This document shows positions 36,398-46,113 of a DNA stretch of 64,000 nucleotides, piece after piece. The stretch is from NCBI GenBank assembly GCA_942490995.1, contig CALOBG010000020.1:22004-86003 (forward strand). The letters run 5' to 3'. The translations under genes were made by a program, and so were the position numbers. The first letter of the stretch is position 1. Each line of letters starts with the position of its first letter. The notes beneath the pieces are model-generated. The model was given only the letters and a program-made list of their open reading frames with translations. It had not been told where the DNA came from and ran no database searches. This DNA is from an uncultured Gammaproteobacteria bacterium. Lineage in GTDB: Bacteria; Pseudomonadota; Gammaproteobacteria; Ga0077536.

Positions 36398-36634
36398 ATG
36401 ACTGACCCAGTTCGCGCCGCCGATACCCCGTTTGCGATCGAAGTTGAGGCCGGTAAAAGCTATTACTGGTGCGCGTGCGGCAAGAGCGCCAAACAGCCGT
36501 TCTGTGACGGCTCGCATGCCGGCACCGAGTTCACACCGCTGAAATATGACGCCGCCGACAGCAAGAAGGTGTTTTTTTGTGGTTGCAAGGCGACCGCAAA
36601 ACAGCCGCTGTGTGACGGTACGCACGCAAAGTAA
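36398..36634 (+). CDS. CDGSH iron-sulfur domain protein
   Basis: Two CDGSH motifs (CDGSHAG and CDGTHAK). RBS AAGGAGA. Start chosen inside the longer ORF. Confidence 0.8.
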   Translation: MTDPVRAADTPFAIEVEAGKSYYWCACGKSAKQPFCDGSHAGTEFTPLKYDAADSKKVFFCGCKATAKQPLCDGTHAK

Positions 36635-36648
36635 CCAGCGCCGAATAC

Positions 36649-36688
36649 GCCGCGTGCGGACCCGCGCTGTCCCGCGGTCCTGCACGCG
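36649..36688. terminator. GC-rich hairpin between convergent genes (candidate bidirectional terminator)
   Basis: CCGCGTGCGGACC-N13-GGTCCTGCACGCGG imperfect inverted repeat, 15 bp after the CDGSH stop. No clear U-tract. Confidence 0.4.
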
Positions 36689-36699
36689 GCGGCTGCCGG

Positions 36700-37269
36700 T
36701 CAGCCATCCGTTGCCGCGCCGTCGAAACCGCTCAGACCTTCGTCGAGTTGCACGCCGAAGGTGTTGAGTGCCATCGAGACGAGGTTGTACTGGCCGACCG
36801 CAAATACCAGGTCCATCATCTGCTGACGATCGAGGTGGGCCGCCAGCGCTGACCAGGTTGCGTCGCTGATAAAGGCATCGGCGTGCAGTTCGTCGGTGGC
36901 CTGCAGCAGGGCGCGATCCAGCGCGCTGATGCCGGGCGTCTGAGGACCGCTGCGGGCACTGTCGATGCCAGCCTCGTCGAGGCCCAGCTGGCGCGCGATC
37001 ACGACATGCTGACCCCATTCGTATTCGGCCCGGCACAGGTAACCGATGCGCAGGATAACCAGCTCGCGCTCGCGCCCGCCGAGGGTCGATTTGAACAGCA
37101 CATGATTGGCGAACACCAGCCAGCGACGCATCAGATCGGGATGCTGCAGCATGGTTTTAAAAACATTGTGATCGCTGCCGGCGGCGACGAAAGGCTGCAT
37201 CAGGGCCACCTCTTCGGCGCTCCATTCGCTACGCTCTCGGGGCGGGATCCGTGGTTGATTCAGGCGCAT
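36700..37269 (-). CDS. Carboxymuconolactone decarboxylase-family (AhpD-like) protein
   Basis: CMD-domain pattern (RERELVILRIGYLCRAEYEWGQH). Start at the ATG with GGAGA upstream. Confidence 0.7.
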   Translation of the reverse strand: MRLNQPRIPPRERSEWSAEEVALMQPFVAAGSDHNVFKTMLQHPDLMRRWLVFANHVLFKSTLGGRERELVILRIGYLCRAEYEWGQHVVIARQLGLDEAGIDSARSGPQTPGISALDRALLQATDELHADAFISDATWSALAAHLDRQQMMDLVFAVGQYNLVSMALNTFGVQLDEGLSGFDGAATDG

Positions 37270-37327
37270 GGACGTGGTCTCCGTGGTCGTGGACGGTAGG
37301 TCCATCATGATGCCACGCCGGCGGGCC

Positions 37328-38527
37328 CTACTCCGCGCGCAGGGCATCGACCGGTTCGAGCCAGGCCGCACGCCGCGCCGGCGCAATGCCGGCCAGCAGA
37401 CCGATCGCCGCAGCCACGCCGAGCGCGCCGGCCACAAACGGCCATACCAGCGCCAGCGGCGCGTCGGATACAACGGCACCGATCAGTTCGATAAGCGCTG
37501 TCGCCAGGACGATACCCGCGGCGCCGCCGGCCGCGCCCAGGAACACGGCTTCGACCACGAATATCGCCATGATGTCGGTCCGCGAGGCGCCGATGGCGCG
37601 CAGCAAACCGATTTCGGCGGTGCGTTCGCTGACCGCGATCGTCATGATCGTCGCGATCCCGAAGGCGCCTACCAGCAGCGAAATCGCGCCCAGCGCGCCA
37701 ACCCCGGCGGTGAGCAGATTGAGGATATCGCCGAGCACCTCGAGCATCTTGTCCTGCGTGATGAGCGTGAAATCGACGCGCCCGTGGCGCGCCAGCAGGC
37801 GCTTTTCAAGCGCCGCGGCAACGCTCGCCGAGGCGAGGTCCTCGCGATAGGTAACGTCGATTTCCATGACCCCTTCGCGGTCGAACATCTCCATCGCCTT
37901 GCCGACCGGAATGTAGACGGTGTCGTCGAGGTCGAAACCGAGCATCTGGCCTTTCGGCGCCATCACGCCGATGACCCGAAAGCGGTCGGAACCGATGCGC
38001 ACCCGCTGACCAAGCGGATTGCCGGCGCCGAATAATTCGTCGCGCATGCGCGCGCCCAGCACCACGAAAGCGCGCGCACTGGTATAGGGATCGTCGGGCA
38101 GAAACCGACCGCTGCCGACCTCCATGCGCCACACCGCGGGCATGTCGGCGCCAACGCCGATAACCATGGTGCGGCGTTCGCGATCGGCGTATTCAACCCG
38201 GGCATTGCCCTGAATAACCGGCACCACCCCGGTTACGGACGGGATGGTGGCGAGCGCGGCGGCGTCTTCGACGGTCAGTGGGCGCACGCTTGAAATGGTC
38301 GCGCCCGACACGCCGAAGGTGGTGGTTTTGCCCGGCTGCACGGCCACGATGTTGGTGCCAAATTGAGTAAATTCGGCCAGCACATAGCGCCGTACCCCTT
38401 CACCGACGGCGGTCAGCAGGACCACCGCGAGGATGCCGACGGCAATACCGAGCATGGTCAGGGCCGAGCGCTGGCGCTGGCTGGCGACGGCCACCAGGGC
38501 GAAACGCAACAGATCACAGCGACGCAT
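37328..38527 (-). CDS. ABC transporter permease, FtsX-like (MacB/LolC family)
   Basis: N-terminal TM helix, large periplasmic domain, and C-terminal 3-TM FtsX domain. Confidence 0.85.
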   Translation of the reverse strand: MRRCDLLRFALVAVASQRQRSALTMLGIAVGILAVVLLTAVGEGVRRYVLAEFTQFGTNIVAVQPGKTTTFGVSGATISSVRPLTVEDAAALATIPSVTGVVPVIQGNARVEYADRERRTMVIGVGADMPAVWRMEVGSGRFLPDDPYTSARAFVVLGARMRDELFGAGNPLGQRVRIGSDRFRVIGVMAPKGQMLGFDLDDTVYIPVGKAMEMFDREGVMEIDVTYREDLASASVAAALEKRLLARHGRVDFTLITQDKMLEVLGDILNLLTAGVGALGAISLLVGAFGIATIMTIAVSERTAEIGLLRAIGASRTDIMAIFVVEAVFLGAAGGAAGIVLATALIELIGAVVSDAPLALVWPFVAGALGVAAAIGLLAGIAPARRAAWLEPVDALRAE

Positions 38528-38529
38528 GT

Positions 38530-39741
38530 TCAGCGTTTCGCCAATGCTTCGATGGGATCGAGCGCCGCCGCGCGCCGCGCCGGCGCGACCCCGAAAACAA
38601 GTCCGCTGACGAGCGCCACGGTGACCGCAGCAAACATCGCCCAGGGCGGGATCGCGAGCGGGAACTGCGGGTACAAGCGCGCCACGGCGAAGGCGCCGGC
38701 AGTGCCGAGCAGCAGACCCGCGCCGGCACCGAGGGCGGCGAGCATGACCGCTTCGAGCATGAACAGGCGGCGGATATCGACGCTGCGCGCGCCGAGCGCC
38801 TTGAGTACCCCAATCTCGGCGCGTCGCTGGGCGACCGAAACCAGCATCACGTTCATGATCAGAATACCGGCCACGGCGAGGCTGATTGCCGAAATCGCGG
38901 CGACCCCGAACGTGACCGCATTGAGGATCCGACCCAGGGTCGCCACCACGCTGTCCTGGGTGATCACGGTGACATCATCCTCGCCTTCGTGACGGGCGGC
39001 GATGATCTCGTGTACGGCCCGGCTGGCGGCTTCCAGATCGGCACCGATGCGTGCTTCGGCGAGAATGCGGAACAACGACTCCTGGTCGAACAGCGCGGCC
39101 GCCGACGCCACCGGAATGATCGCCAGATCGTCGAAATCGACGCCGACCGAAACGCCGCCCTCGGCCAGTATGCCAATCACGCGAAAGCGGCGATCGCCGA
39201 TGCGCACCCACTGGCCGTAGGCCGCTGTGCGGGGGAACAGCTCTTCGCGCAGTTTGAAGCCGAGCACACACACCGCTTCGCCGCGCTTCGGGTCCGCAAC
39301 CGGCAGGAAGCGTCCCTGCGCGATCGCCAATCGGCGCACGCTGGCCATGGCCGCGGTTGAGCCGAGGACGGTGACTTCGCGCTCGAGGCCGCTGGCGGTC
39401 GAAACCGGCGCGTTGCCGACCATGACCGGCGCGACCTCGATAATATCCGGCCAGCGGGTCAGGGCCAGCGCGTCATCGATGGTCAGGTCGCGCGGCGTTT
39501 CGCCCATGATCGGCGGCGCGCCGCCGACGGTTTCGCTGCGCCCCGGCAGCACGATCAGCAGGTTGGTACCAAGCGACTCGAACTGACCGGTGACGAAACG
39601 CCGTGCGCCTTCACCCAGCCCGGTCAACATCAGCACTGAGCTGACGCCGATGGCGGTGGCGAACGCGATCAGCAGCGTACGGCGCAGATTGCCGGCCAGC
39701 GCGCCCCGCGCCAGGCCCACGCTGTCACGCGTGCGCAACAT
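38530..39741 (-). CDS. ABC transporter permease, FtsX-like (second copy)
   Basis: Same architecture as the adjacent permease. Start at MLRTRD. Confidence 0.8.
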   Translation of the reverse strand: MLRTRDSVGLARGALAGNLRRTLLIAFATAIGVSSVLMLTGLGEGARRFVTGQFESLGTNLLIVLPGRSETVGGAPPIMGETPRDLTIDDALALTRWPDIIEVAPVMVGNAPVSTASGLEREVTVLGSTAAMASVRRLAIAQGRFLPVADPKRGEAVCVLGFKLREELFPRTAAYGQWVRIGDRRFRVIGILAEGGVSVGVDFDDLAIIPVASAAALFDQESLFRILAEARIGADLEAASRAVHEIIAARHEGEDDVTVITQDSVVATLGRILNAVTFGVAAISAISLAVAGILIMNVMLVSVAQRRAEIGVLKALGARSVDIRRLFMLEAVMLAALGAGAGLLLGTAGAFAVARLYPQFPLAIPPWAMFAAVTVALVSGLVFGVAPARRAAALDPIEALAKR

Positions 39742-40450
39742 CGCCCGGTTGTCGCTCGTCAGCCGCCACACCGCCGTCGACGATGCGGATCCGACGTGCG
39801 GCGCGGCGGCCGAGTTCCGCATCGTGGGTGACGACGATGAGGGTCACGCCCTGCTCGCGCTGCAGCGACTCGAGCAGTTCGATCACCTCGCGACCGGACT
39901 GACGGTCCAGATTGCCGGTCGGCTCGTCGGCCAGCAGCAGGCTGGGCTGGTTGATCATCGCACGCGCGATCGCGACGCGCTGCCGCTGGCCACCGGACAG
40001 CTCGGCCGGGCGGTGGCTGGCGCGGTCGCTGAGTTTGACCGCCGCCAGGGCCTGCGACACCCGTTCGCGCCTTGCGCTTGAGGCGACCCCGGCCAGGGTC
40101 AGGGGCAGTTCCACGTTCTCGGCCGCGGTAAGACGTCCGATAAGCTGAAAAAACTGAAAAATAAAGCCGATCGACATGCGCCTGATCGCGGCCAGTTCGT
40201 CATCGTCGAGACCGATCACGGCACGCTGCCGAAAACGGTAGCTGCCGGAAGTTGGCCGATCGAGCAGCGCGATCAGATTGAGCAGACTGGACTTGCCCGA
40301 ACCAGACGGCCCCATGATCGAAATGTACTCGCCGGCCTGAATGTCGAGATCGATGCCGTCGACCGCGCGCACCAGGCTGTCGCCGACGGTAAACGTGCGG
40401 CTGAGCGCGCGCAGTTCGATCATGGCGCTGTCGCCGGCGGCGTCCATCAT
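39725..40450 (-). CDS. ABC transporter ATP-binding protein (MacB/LolD-like)
   Basis: Walker [10 protein letters not shown], signature [14 protein letters not shown], Walker B LLLADEPT. Confidence 0.9.
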   Translation of the reverse strand: MMDAAGDSAMIELRALSRTFTVGDSLVRAVDGIDLDIQAGEYISIMGPSGSGKSSLLNLIALLDRPTSGSYRFRQRAVIGLDDDELAAIRRMSIGFIFQFFQLIGRLTAAENVELPLTLAGVASSARRERVSQALAAVKLSDRASHRPAELSGGQRQRVAIARAMINQPSLLLADEPTGNLDRQSGREVIELLESLQREQGVTLIVVTHDAELGRRAARRIRIVDGGVAADERQPGDVAHA

Positions 40451-41592
40451 TCGACCGTATCCGCCTCGGCTCGCACCAGCGCACCGGCTTTAACCCCGGC
40501 GCGACCGACCGCAACCACGACGCGACTGCCGGGTTCGAGGCCACGCTTGACCTCGGTGTATTCCCAATTGGCCAGTCCGGGACTGAACTCGCGTTCGACC
40601 AGACGCTGGCTCGCGTCATCGATGAGCAGCACCCGGCGACCTTCGATTACCGCCTCGCTCGGTACCCGGATAACGTCACGCCGCGTTTCGAGCATGACTT
40701 CGATATCGGCGCTGTAGCCCGGCAGCAGGCGCGCGCTGTCGGCGACATTTTTGAGCGTGACCTCGACATCGACCGTGCGCGCCTGCTTTTCGCGCTCCAG
40801 TACATACGGTGCGATGCGCTGCACCTCGGCGTCGCAATAACGATCAGGAAACGCATCGAGCGTGACGCAGGCCGGCATGCCGGCTTCGATGCGCGGCGCG
40901 TCAACTTCGTCGATCGGCGCCGAAATGTACACGCAGCGCGGATCGATCAGATCGATCGCCGGCAAGGTCGGAATGCCGGGCGGCGACGGCGTCAGGTATT
41001 CACCGAGCTTGGCGTCGACCGCGGCAATGACGCCGGCGAACGGCGCGCGTAACACGGTCCGTTCCAGCGCCGCGCGCGCGACGGCGACGCGCGCGGTACC
41101 GACCCGACTGGAGGCCCGCGCCGCACTGCAGGCTGCGGTCGCCGAGTCAGCTTCGACCTGGGCGCGGTCGGCGATCTCCTCGGCGATCAACTGCCTGGTT
41201 CTGAGCCTGGCGACGCGATCGGCTTCACGCCTGGCGCCAGCCGCCACCGCGCAGGCCTGGTCAGCACGCGCGCGGGCGGCGTCGACTTCGGTTTCGGCCA
41301 GGCGCAGCTCGGCTTTGCGATCGTGATTCCAGATCTCGAGCAGCACCGCGTCGGCTTCGACACGGTCGCCTTCAGCGACATTCAGTAGCGCAACCTGGCC
41401 AGGCGCCGACGGCGACATACGTGCGCGGCGGCAGGCCTTGACGGTGCCGACTCGAGTGTTGGAGACCGTCGCGCGCACGTCACCGCGGGCGACGGTTACC
41501 GTACGCACGTCTATCGGCCGTTCGCGGGTCGCATACCACACGCCGGCGGCGATGGCGGCGGCAATGATGATCAGCAGTGCAGTGGTTTTCAT
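40447..41592 (-). CDS. Efflux periplasmic adaptor subunit (HlyD/MacA family)
   Basis: N-terminal TM anchor, coiled-coil region and beta-barrel segments. ATGA overlap with the ATPase gene. Confidence 0.85.
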   Translation of the reverse strand: MKTTALLIIIAAAIAAGVWYATRERPIDVRTVTVARGDVRATVSNTRVGTVKACRRARMSPSAPGQVALLNVAEGDRVEADAVLLEIWNHDRKAELRLAETEVDAARARADQACAVAAGARREADRVARLRTRQLIAEEIADRAQVEADSATAACSAARASSRVGTARVAVARAALERTVLRAPFAGVIAAVDAKLGEYLTPSPPGIPTLPAIDLIDPRCVYISAPIDEVDAPRIEAGMPACVTLDAFPDRYCDAEVQRIAPYVLEREKQARTVDVEVTLKNVADSARLLPGYSADIEVMLETRRDVIRVPSEAVIEGRRVLLIDDASQRLVEREFSPGLANWEYTEVKRGLEPGSRVVVAVGRAGVKAGALVRAEADTVE

Positions 41593-41703
41593 GGGGCCAT
41601 CCGGTCAGTCGCCTGCCCCGTCGTGGGACAACGGCTTCGCATGCTACAGAACCGCAGGGGGAATGCGACTTGATTCGAGGCAATTCGACCGCATATACAA
41701 GCA

Positions 41704-42138
41704 ATGAACGACGCAATTCATGTCAGCTGCCGGCACTGCGGGCAGACCAATCGCGTGCCCGTCGCCCGGCTCGCCGAGGCCCCGGGCTGCGGCGCCTGCA
41801 AACGCAAACTGCTCGAAGGCGGCCCAATCGATCTCGATGACGCCGGCTTCGCGCGCTATCTCAAGCGCAACGATCTGCCGATCGTGGTGGATTTCTGGGC
41901 CGCCTGGTGTGCGCCGTGCAAGGCCATGGCGCCGGCTTTCGCAGCGGTTGCTGACGCGCTGCGCGGCCGCGCGCTGTTCGCCAAACTGGAAACCGACCGG
42001 GCGCCGCAGACCGCCAGCGCATACAACATTCGCAGCATTCCGACCCTGATCGTGTTTCGCGGCGGCAAAGAGCTAGCGCGAACGGCCGGCGCGCTCGACG
42101 AGCGGCGCCTGCAGGACTTCGTCGCCAGCCACCTGTAA
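41704..42138 (+). CDS. trxC: Thioredoxin 2 (TrxC-type, N-terminal zinc-finger)
   Basis: CRHCGQ...CGAC zinc-finger followed by the WCAPCK active site. Confidence 0.85.
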   Translation: MNDAIHVSCRHCGQTNRVPVARLAEAPGCGACKRKLLEGGPIDLDDAGFARYLKRNDLPIVVDFWAAWCAPCKAMAPAFAAVADALRGRALFAKLETDRAPQTASAYNIRSIPTLIVFRGGKELARTAGALDERRLQDFVASHL

Positions 42139-42222
42139 GCGACGCGCCACGGTGCAAATGTCCGATCATGCGTGCGCCGCTTCTGCTATGTTGTCCGCAC
42201 TCGGCCACGGATAAGACACCCC

Positions 42223-42678
42223 ATGTATGCCGCTGCTCTCAGCCTGCACCTGCTCGCCGCCATCGTCTGGATCGGCGGGATGTTTTTTGCCTACGTCTGT
42301 CTGCGGCCGAGTCTCGGCGAAACCCTCGAGCCGCCGGCGGCGGCGCGCCTGCTGGCGGCCAGCTTCGGACGGTTTTTCCGCTGGGTGTGGCTGGGTATCG
42401 CAGTACTGCTGACGAGCGGGTTTTATATGGCGCTGACCACCTATAACCTCGCCGCGGCGCCGTGGTGGCTGTACCTCATGATCATCCTCGGCATCACCAT
42501 GATGCTGCTGTTCGCGCACGTGTATTTTGCTCCTTTTCAGCGCTTGCGCAGCGGTCTGGCGGCAGGCGAGCCGGAACAGACGCGCGCCGCGATCGGCGCT
42601 ATTCGCAAGATCGTCGGCATCAACCTCGCCCTCGGCCTGTTCCTGGCGGTGAGCGTCAGTATCGGACGCTACCTGTGA
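42223..42678 (+). CDS. CopD-like / DUF-family integral membrane protein
   Basis: Four hydrophobic helices. Start at MYAAALSLHLL. Confidence 0.45.
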   Translation: MYAAALSLHLLAAIVWIGGMFFAYVCLRPSLGETLEPPAAARLLAASFGRFFRWVWLGIAVLLTSGFYMALTTYNLAAAPWWLYLMIILGITMMLLFAHVYFAPFQRLRSGLAAGEPEQTRAAIGAIRKIVGINLALGLFLAVSVSIGRYL

Positions 42679-43535
42679 CGGCAAACACGCCAGGTCCGAA
42701 CCCACGCCGGATCGCGCGCATCGTCGCCGGGCAGCCGACCAGTGACGGCGCCGGGGTGCGCCTGTACCGGGTTATCGGCGGCGCCGAGCTGCCGGAGCTC
42801 GATCCGTTTCTGCTCCTCGACGAGTTCGTTTCCGACGATCCGAACGACTACATCGCCGGCTTCCCCGAGCATCCCCATCGTGGCTTTGAAACCGTCACCT
42901 ACATGCTTGCCGGGCGCATGCGGCACGGTGACAACCAGGGCAACAGCGGCGTCCTCGAAGCGGGTTCGGTGCAGTGGATGACCGCCGGGCGCGGCATCCT
43001 GCACTCGGAAATGCCCGAGCAGGAAAACGGTCTGATGTGGGGCTTCCAGTTGTGGGTCAATTTACCGGCGCGGGAAAAAATGCGTGCGCCACGCTACCAG
43101 GACATCGCCCCGGCCGACGTGCCGTGTCTCGATCTCGGCGGCGGCGCGCGCGCGCGCCTCATTACCGGCACGCTGAACGGGATCAGCGGTGCGGTCAGTG
43201 ATATCGACGCCGAGCCGCTTTACCTCGACCTCGAACTGCCCGCCGGGCACGCACTCGAGGTGCCGCTGCCGGCAGCGCACAATGCCTTCGTTTACTGCTA
43301 CGGCGGTGGTCTTGAGATCGGCAGCGAAACGCCGCGTGCACTCGGCCATCGCCACCTTGCCGTGCTCACCCCGGGCAGCAGCGTTACGCTGGCAGCGGGC
43401 GACGCCGGTGCGCGCGCCCTGCTCGTCGCCGGGAGACCGTTTGATGAGCCGATCGCCCGCTATGGACCGTTCGTGATGAATACCCGCGAGGAAATCATGC
43501 AGGCCGTGACCGACCTGCGCGCCGGTCGCTTCTGA
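42675..43535 (+). CDS. Pirin-family protein
   Basis: Pirin N-terminal cupin motifs (FPEHPHRGFETVTYMLAG...HGDNQGNSG). GTGA start/stop overlap with the upstream gene. Confidence 0.85.
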   Translation: MTANTPGPNPRRIARIVAGQPTSDGAGVRLYRVIGGAELPELDPFLLLDEFVSDDPNDYIAGFPEHPHRGFETVTYMLAGRMRHGDNQGNSGVLEAGSVQWMTAGRGILHSEMPEQENGLMWGFQLWVNLPAREKMRAPRYQDIAPADVPCLDLGGGARARLITGTLNGISGAVSDIDAEPLYLDLELPAGHALEVPLPAAHNAFVYCYGGGLEIGSETPRALGHRHLAVLTPGSSVTLAAGDAGARALLVAGRPFDEPIARYGPFVMNTREEIMQAVTDLRAGRF

Positions 43536-43539
43536 GTGC

Positions 43540-43560
43540 GCAGCGGCGCCGGGCCGCTGC
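43540..43560. terminator. Hairpin between convergent genes
   Basis: GCAGCGGC-gccgg-GCCGCTGC, an 8-bp perfect stem. Lies between the pirin stop and the stop of the minus-strand gene. No U-tract. Confidence 0.4.
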
Positions 43561-44493
43561 TTACGGCCATTCGAACCAGTACTCTTTGCGCTCGTGCTGC
43601 GACTGGCTCTGATCCTCGACGTCGCGCAGCATGACTTCGGTATTGGAAACCGCGTAGCGCGGTTTCAAAGTGTTCGCTTCGGTGAGGATCTCAGTGACGC
43701 TCATCGAGCGCGCCGAAACGAACTGCGTCGCGGCGCGCCCACCATCGTCCGACCTGCCGCCAAGCTGACGCAACATGCCGCTCACCAGCTGCAGCACTTC
43801 CGGGCCTTCGACGGTGGTGGTCATGCGCAGTCGAACGCAGCGCGGACAGTCGTCGCTCGGTGCGGCCGGGCCGAGATGTTCGACCAGCACGTTCTGGGTC
43901 AGGTCACGGTTCATGATCGTGATCGGCACCGTGCCGCTCAGGTTCTGTCCGGGATTGAGTTCGATGCCGTTCCAGGCCCCGACCCAGGTGTTCCACACTT
44001 CGCCCGAGCGCTGCTGCATCATGCCCTGCACCTGCGGTGAGCGAAAATAATCATCCAGCCGCTGGCGCTGGCCGGCGTCGAGGCCGTCCGGCAAGGCGGC
44101 CAGCATGCGGGTCAACATCTCCTCCAGGCCGAGGGTGCCGAGGTAATCGCCACGTGACGACAGACGCATGGTCGGCAGGTTAGCGGTCAGCGCCGCGAGC
44201 GGTCCGAGCTGGGCGAGGATCTTTGGATCGCGCGCGTCTTCACCGTTCAGGGTCAGAAATTCGAAATCGCGAAATGCCAGCGCATACTCGCCCTCAGACC
44301 GGGCCGACAGGTCTACGACATAGCGCGCACTGCTGGCGTTGCCTTTCTTGACCATGTCGGCGCGCACCACCACGCTGACCGGTGCCGGCCAGTCGAAACG
44401 AAATGTCTCCGCACTGAGGTTTCCCGAAGCGAAGGCCACGAACGACACGAGCGCGGCGGCGAGCTGGCGCAGGCAGGAAGTGTAATGATCCAT
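43561..44493 (-). CDS. Secreted hypothetical protein
   Basis: Signal-peptide-like N-terminus (LAAALVSFVAFASG). No recognised domain. 310 aa. Confidence 0.45.
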   Translation of the reverse strand: MDHYTSCLRQLAAALVSFVAFASGNLSAETFRFDWPAPVSVVVRADMVKKGNASSARYVVDLSARSEGEYALAFRDFEFLTLNGEDARDPKILAQLGPLAALTANLPTMRLSSRGDYLGTLGLEEMLTRMLAALPDGLDAGQRQRLDDYFRSPQVQGMMQQRSGEVWNTWVGAWNGIELNPGQNLSGTVPITIMNRDLTQNVLVEHLGPAAPSDDCPRCVRLRMTTTVEGPEVLQLVSGMLRQLGGRSDDGGRAATQFVSARSMSVTEILTEANTLKPRYAVSNTEVMLRDVEDQSQSQHERKEYWFEWP

Positions 44494-44536
44494 TACACCA
44501 GTATAAGGGAACCTCTGAGCAGGGCGTCGCCGCAGC

Positions 44537-45034
44537 TCACGCGCCCGACTCTGAATACGCGATGGCCACGATGTAACGAAGCTCGCCGCTCCCGCTTTCG
44601 ACGGCATCGTCAAGATGCCGCCCGAGCAGCCGTTTTGCGAGCGGCGAATCGATGCTGATCGCACCGCTTTCGGGTTGCGCCTCGTCGCCGCCTACGAGCC
44701 GGTAGCGGTAGCTTTGCCCGGCCTGGTCCTCGAGCTCGACCATCGCGCCAAAAAACACCCGCTGACGATCTTCGGGCAGCGCGGTGACGATCTCGAGCTG
44801 CGGCATACGCTTCTCGAGGTAGCGGATGCGGCGATCAATCTCGCGCAGTTCTTTTTTGCGGTACTGGTATTCGGCGTTCTCCGAGCGATCGCCTTCGGCC
44901 GCGGCCGCGGCCAGATGGCGGACCACCTCGCGGCGGCGTTTCCACAGTACCTGTGTCTCATCCTCGAGCGCGGCGTAGCCGGCCGCGGTGATGTAGGGCG
45001 CGCCCTGTTCGCCCGCCGGCCGCCAGCGTCCCAT
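44537..45034 (-). CDS. greB: Transcription elongation factor GreB
   Basis: GDRSENAEYQYRKKELREIDRRIRYL closely matches the E. coli GreB coiled-coil tip. Start chosen with GGAG upstream. Confidence 0.8.
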   Translation of the reverse strand: MGRWRPAGEQGAPYITAAGYAALEDETQVLWKRRREVVRHLAAAAAEGDRSENAEYQYRKKELREIDRRIRYLEKRMPQLEIVTALPEDRQRVFFGAMVELEDQAGQSYRYRLVGGDEAQPESGAISIDSPLAKRLLGRHLDDAVESGSGELRYIVAIAYSESGA

Positions 45035-45182
45035 TGCAGACTCCGTGATGTCCCGAGCGGACATTATCGCGTGTTGTTGCGGCGCGTCCCAGGCGTCGAT
45101 ACTGGCGCGCGTCGGCCGGCACGGTTATCTTGCGCTTGCGGCGCTGAGCGCGCCGGCAGCGGACACCAACGGGGAGAACATC

Positions 45183-46076
45183 ATGCGACGTGATATCGAA
45201 TTCAAGGCTGACGGCGTAATCCTGCGCGGCTGGCTGTACAAACCAAACAAGGGCAAGGCGCCGTACCCGACCGTGGTCATGGCGCACGGCTTCTCCGGGG
45301 TCAAGGAAATGACTCTCGACGAGTATGCCGAGGTGTTCAGTAAGGCCGGCCTCGCGGTGCTGGTTTACGACAACCGCTGCCTCGGCGCCAGCGGCGGCAG
45401 TCCCCGCCAGGACATCGATCCGACCGCGCAGATGCGCGACTATCGCACGGCGATTACCTTCGCCCAGCAACAGAAGGAATGCGACCCCGAGCGGATTGGC
45501 ATCTGGGGCACCAGCTATACCGGTGGCACGGTGTGCGCGGTTGCGGCCCTCGATCGTCGCGTCAAGGCAGTGGTCAGCCAGGTGCCGTTCATGAACGGTC
45601 ATCGCAACCTGCAGCAGTTCCTGCCGATCAGCGGGGTGGAAGGGTTCTACCAGATGCTCGATGACGACCGCGCGCGACGTCTGTCCGGCAAGCAGTCGGA
45701 AACCATGAAGATGTGTTCACTGGACCCTGACGAACCGCACCTGTTTCCGGGCGAAGAAACCTATAACTACATCCATCGCTTCGTCGACCGCGATCCGGAC
45801 TGTAGCTGGCGCAACAAGGTGACCCTGCGGTCGCTGGAATACATGGCCGAATACGATGTCAGCGGTTACATGTCGCGGATCGGCCTCACCCCGCTGCTGA
45901 TGATCCTCTCTCAGCACGACACCACCACGCCGACCGATATCGCGCTCGACCACTACCACATGGTCACCGGTCCGAAAGAGCTGCTCGTCATCGATTCCAA
46001 TCACTACGGCGCCTACGTCGACAAATTCGACGAAACGAGCACCGCTGCGCGCGACTGGTTCATCAACAACCTGTAG
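45183..46076 (+). CDS. Alpha/beta hydrolase (dienelactone hydrolase/peptidase S15-like)
   Basis: MAHGFSGVK and nucleophile elbow GTSYTGG. RBS GGGGAGAA. Confidence 0.7.
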   Translation: MRRDIEFKADGVILRGWLYKPNKGKAPYPTVVMAHGFSGVKEMTLDEYAEVFSKAGLAVLVYDNRCLGASGGSPRQDIDPTAQMRDYRTAITFAQQQKECDPERIGIWGTSYTGGTVCAVAALDRRVKAVVSQVPFMNGHRNLQQFLPISGVEGFYQMLDDDRARRLSGKQSETMKMCSLDPDEPHLFPGEETYNYIHRFVDRDPDCSWRNKVTLRSLEYMAEYDVSGYMSRIGLTPLLMILSQHDTTTPTDIALDHYHMVTGPKELLVIDSNHYGAYVDKFDETSTAARDWFINNL

Positions 46077-46080
46077 TCAT

Positions 46081-46112
46081 GGACGCGTCCCGGGGTCATC
46101 CCCGGGACGTCC
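46081..46112. terminator. Hairpin between convergent genes
   Basis: GGACGCGTCCCGGGG-tcat-CCCCGGGACGTCC, with a 9-bp perfect core stem. Confidence 0.45.
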
Positions 46113-46113
46113 C

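Noticed and set aside
35785-37036. Minus-strand ORFs 35785..36375 and 36314..37036
   Set aside because: Antisense to the YceI and CDGSH genes, or overlapping the CMD gene in another frame. No domain signal.
44537-45064. Calling the Gre factor greA
   Set aside because: The coiled-coil tip sequence GDRSENAEYQYRKKELREIDRRIRYL matches GreB rather than GreA, so greB was preferred.
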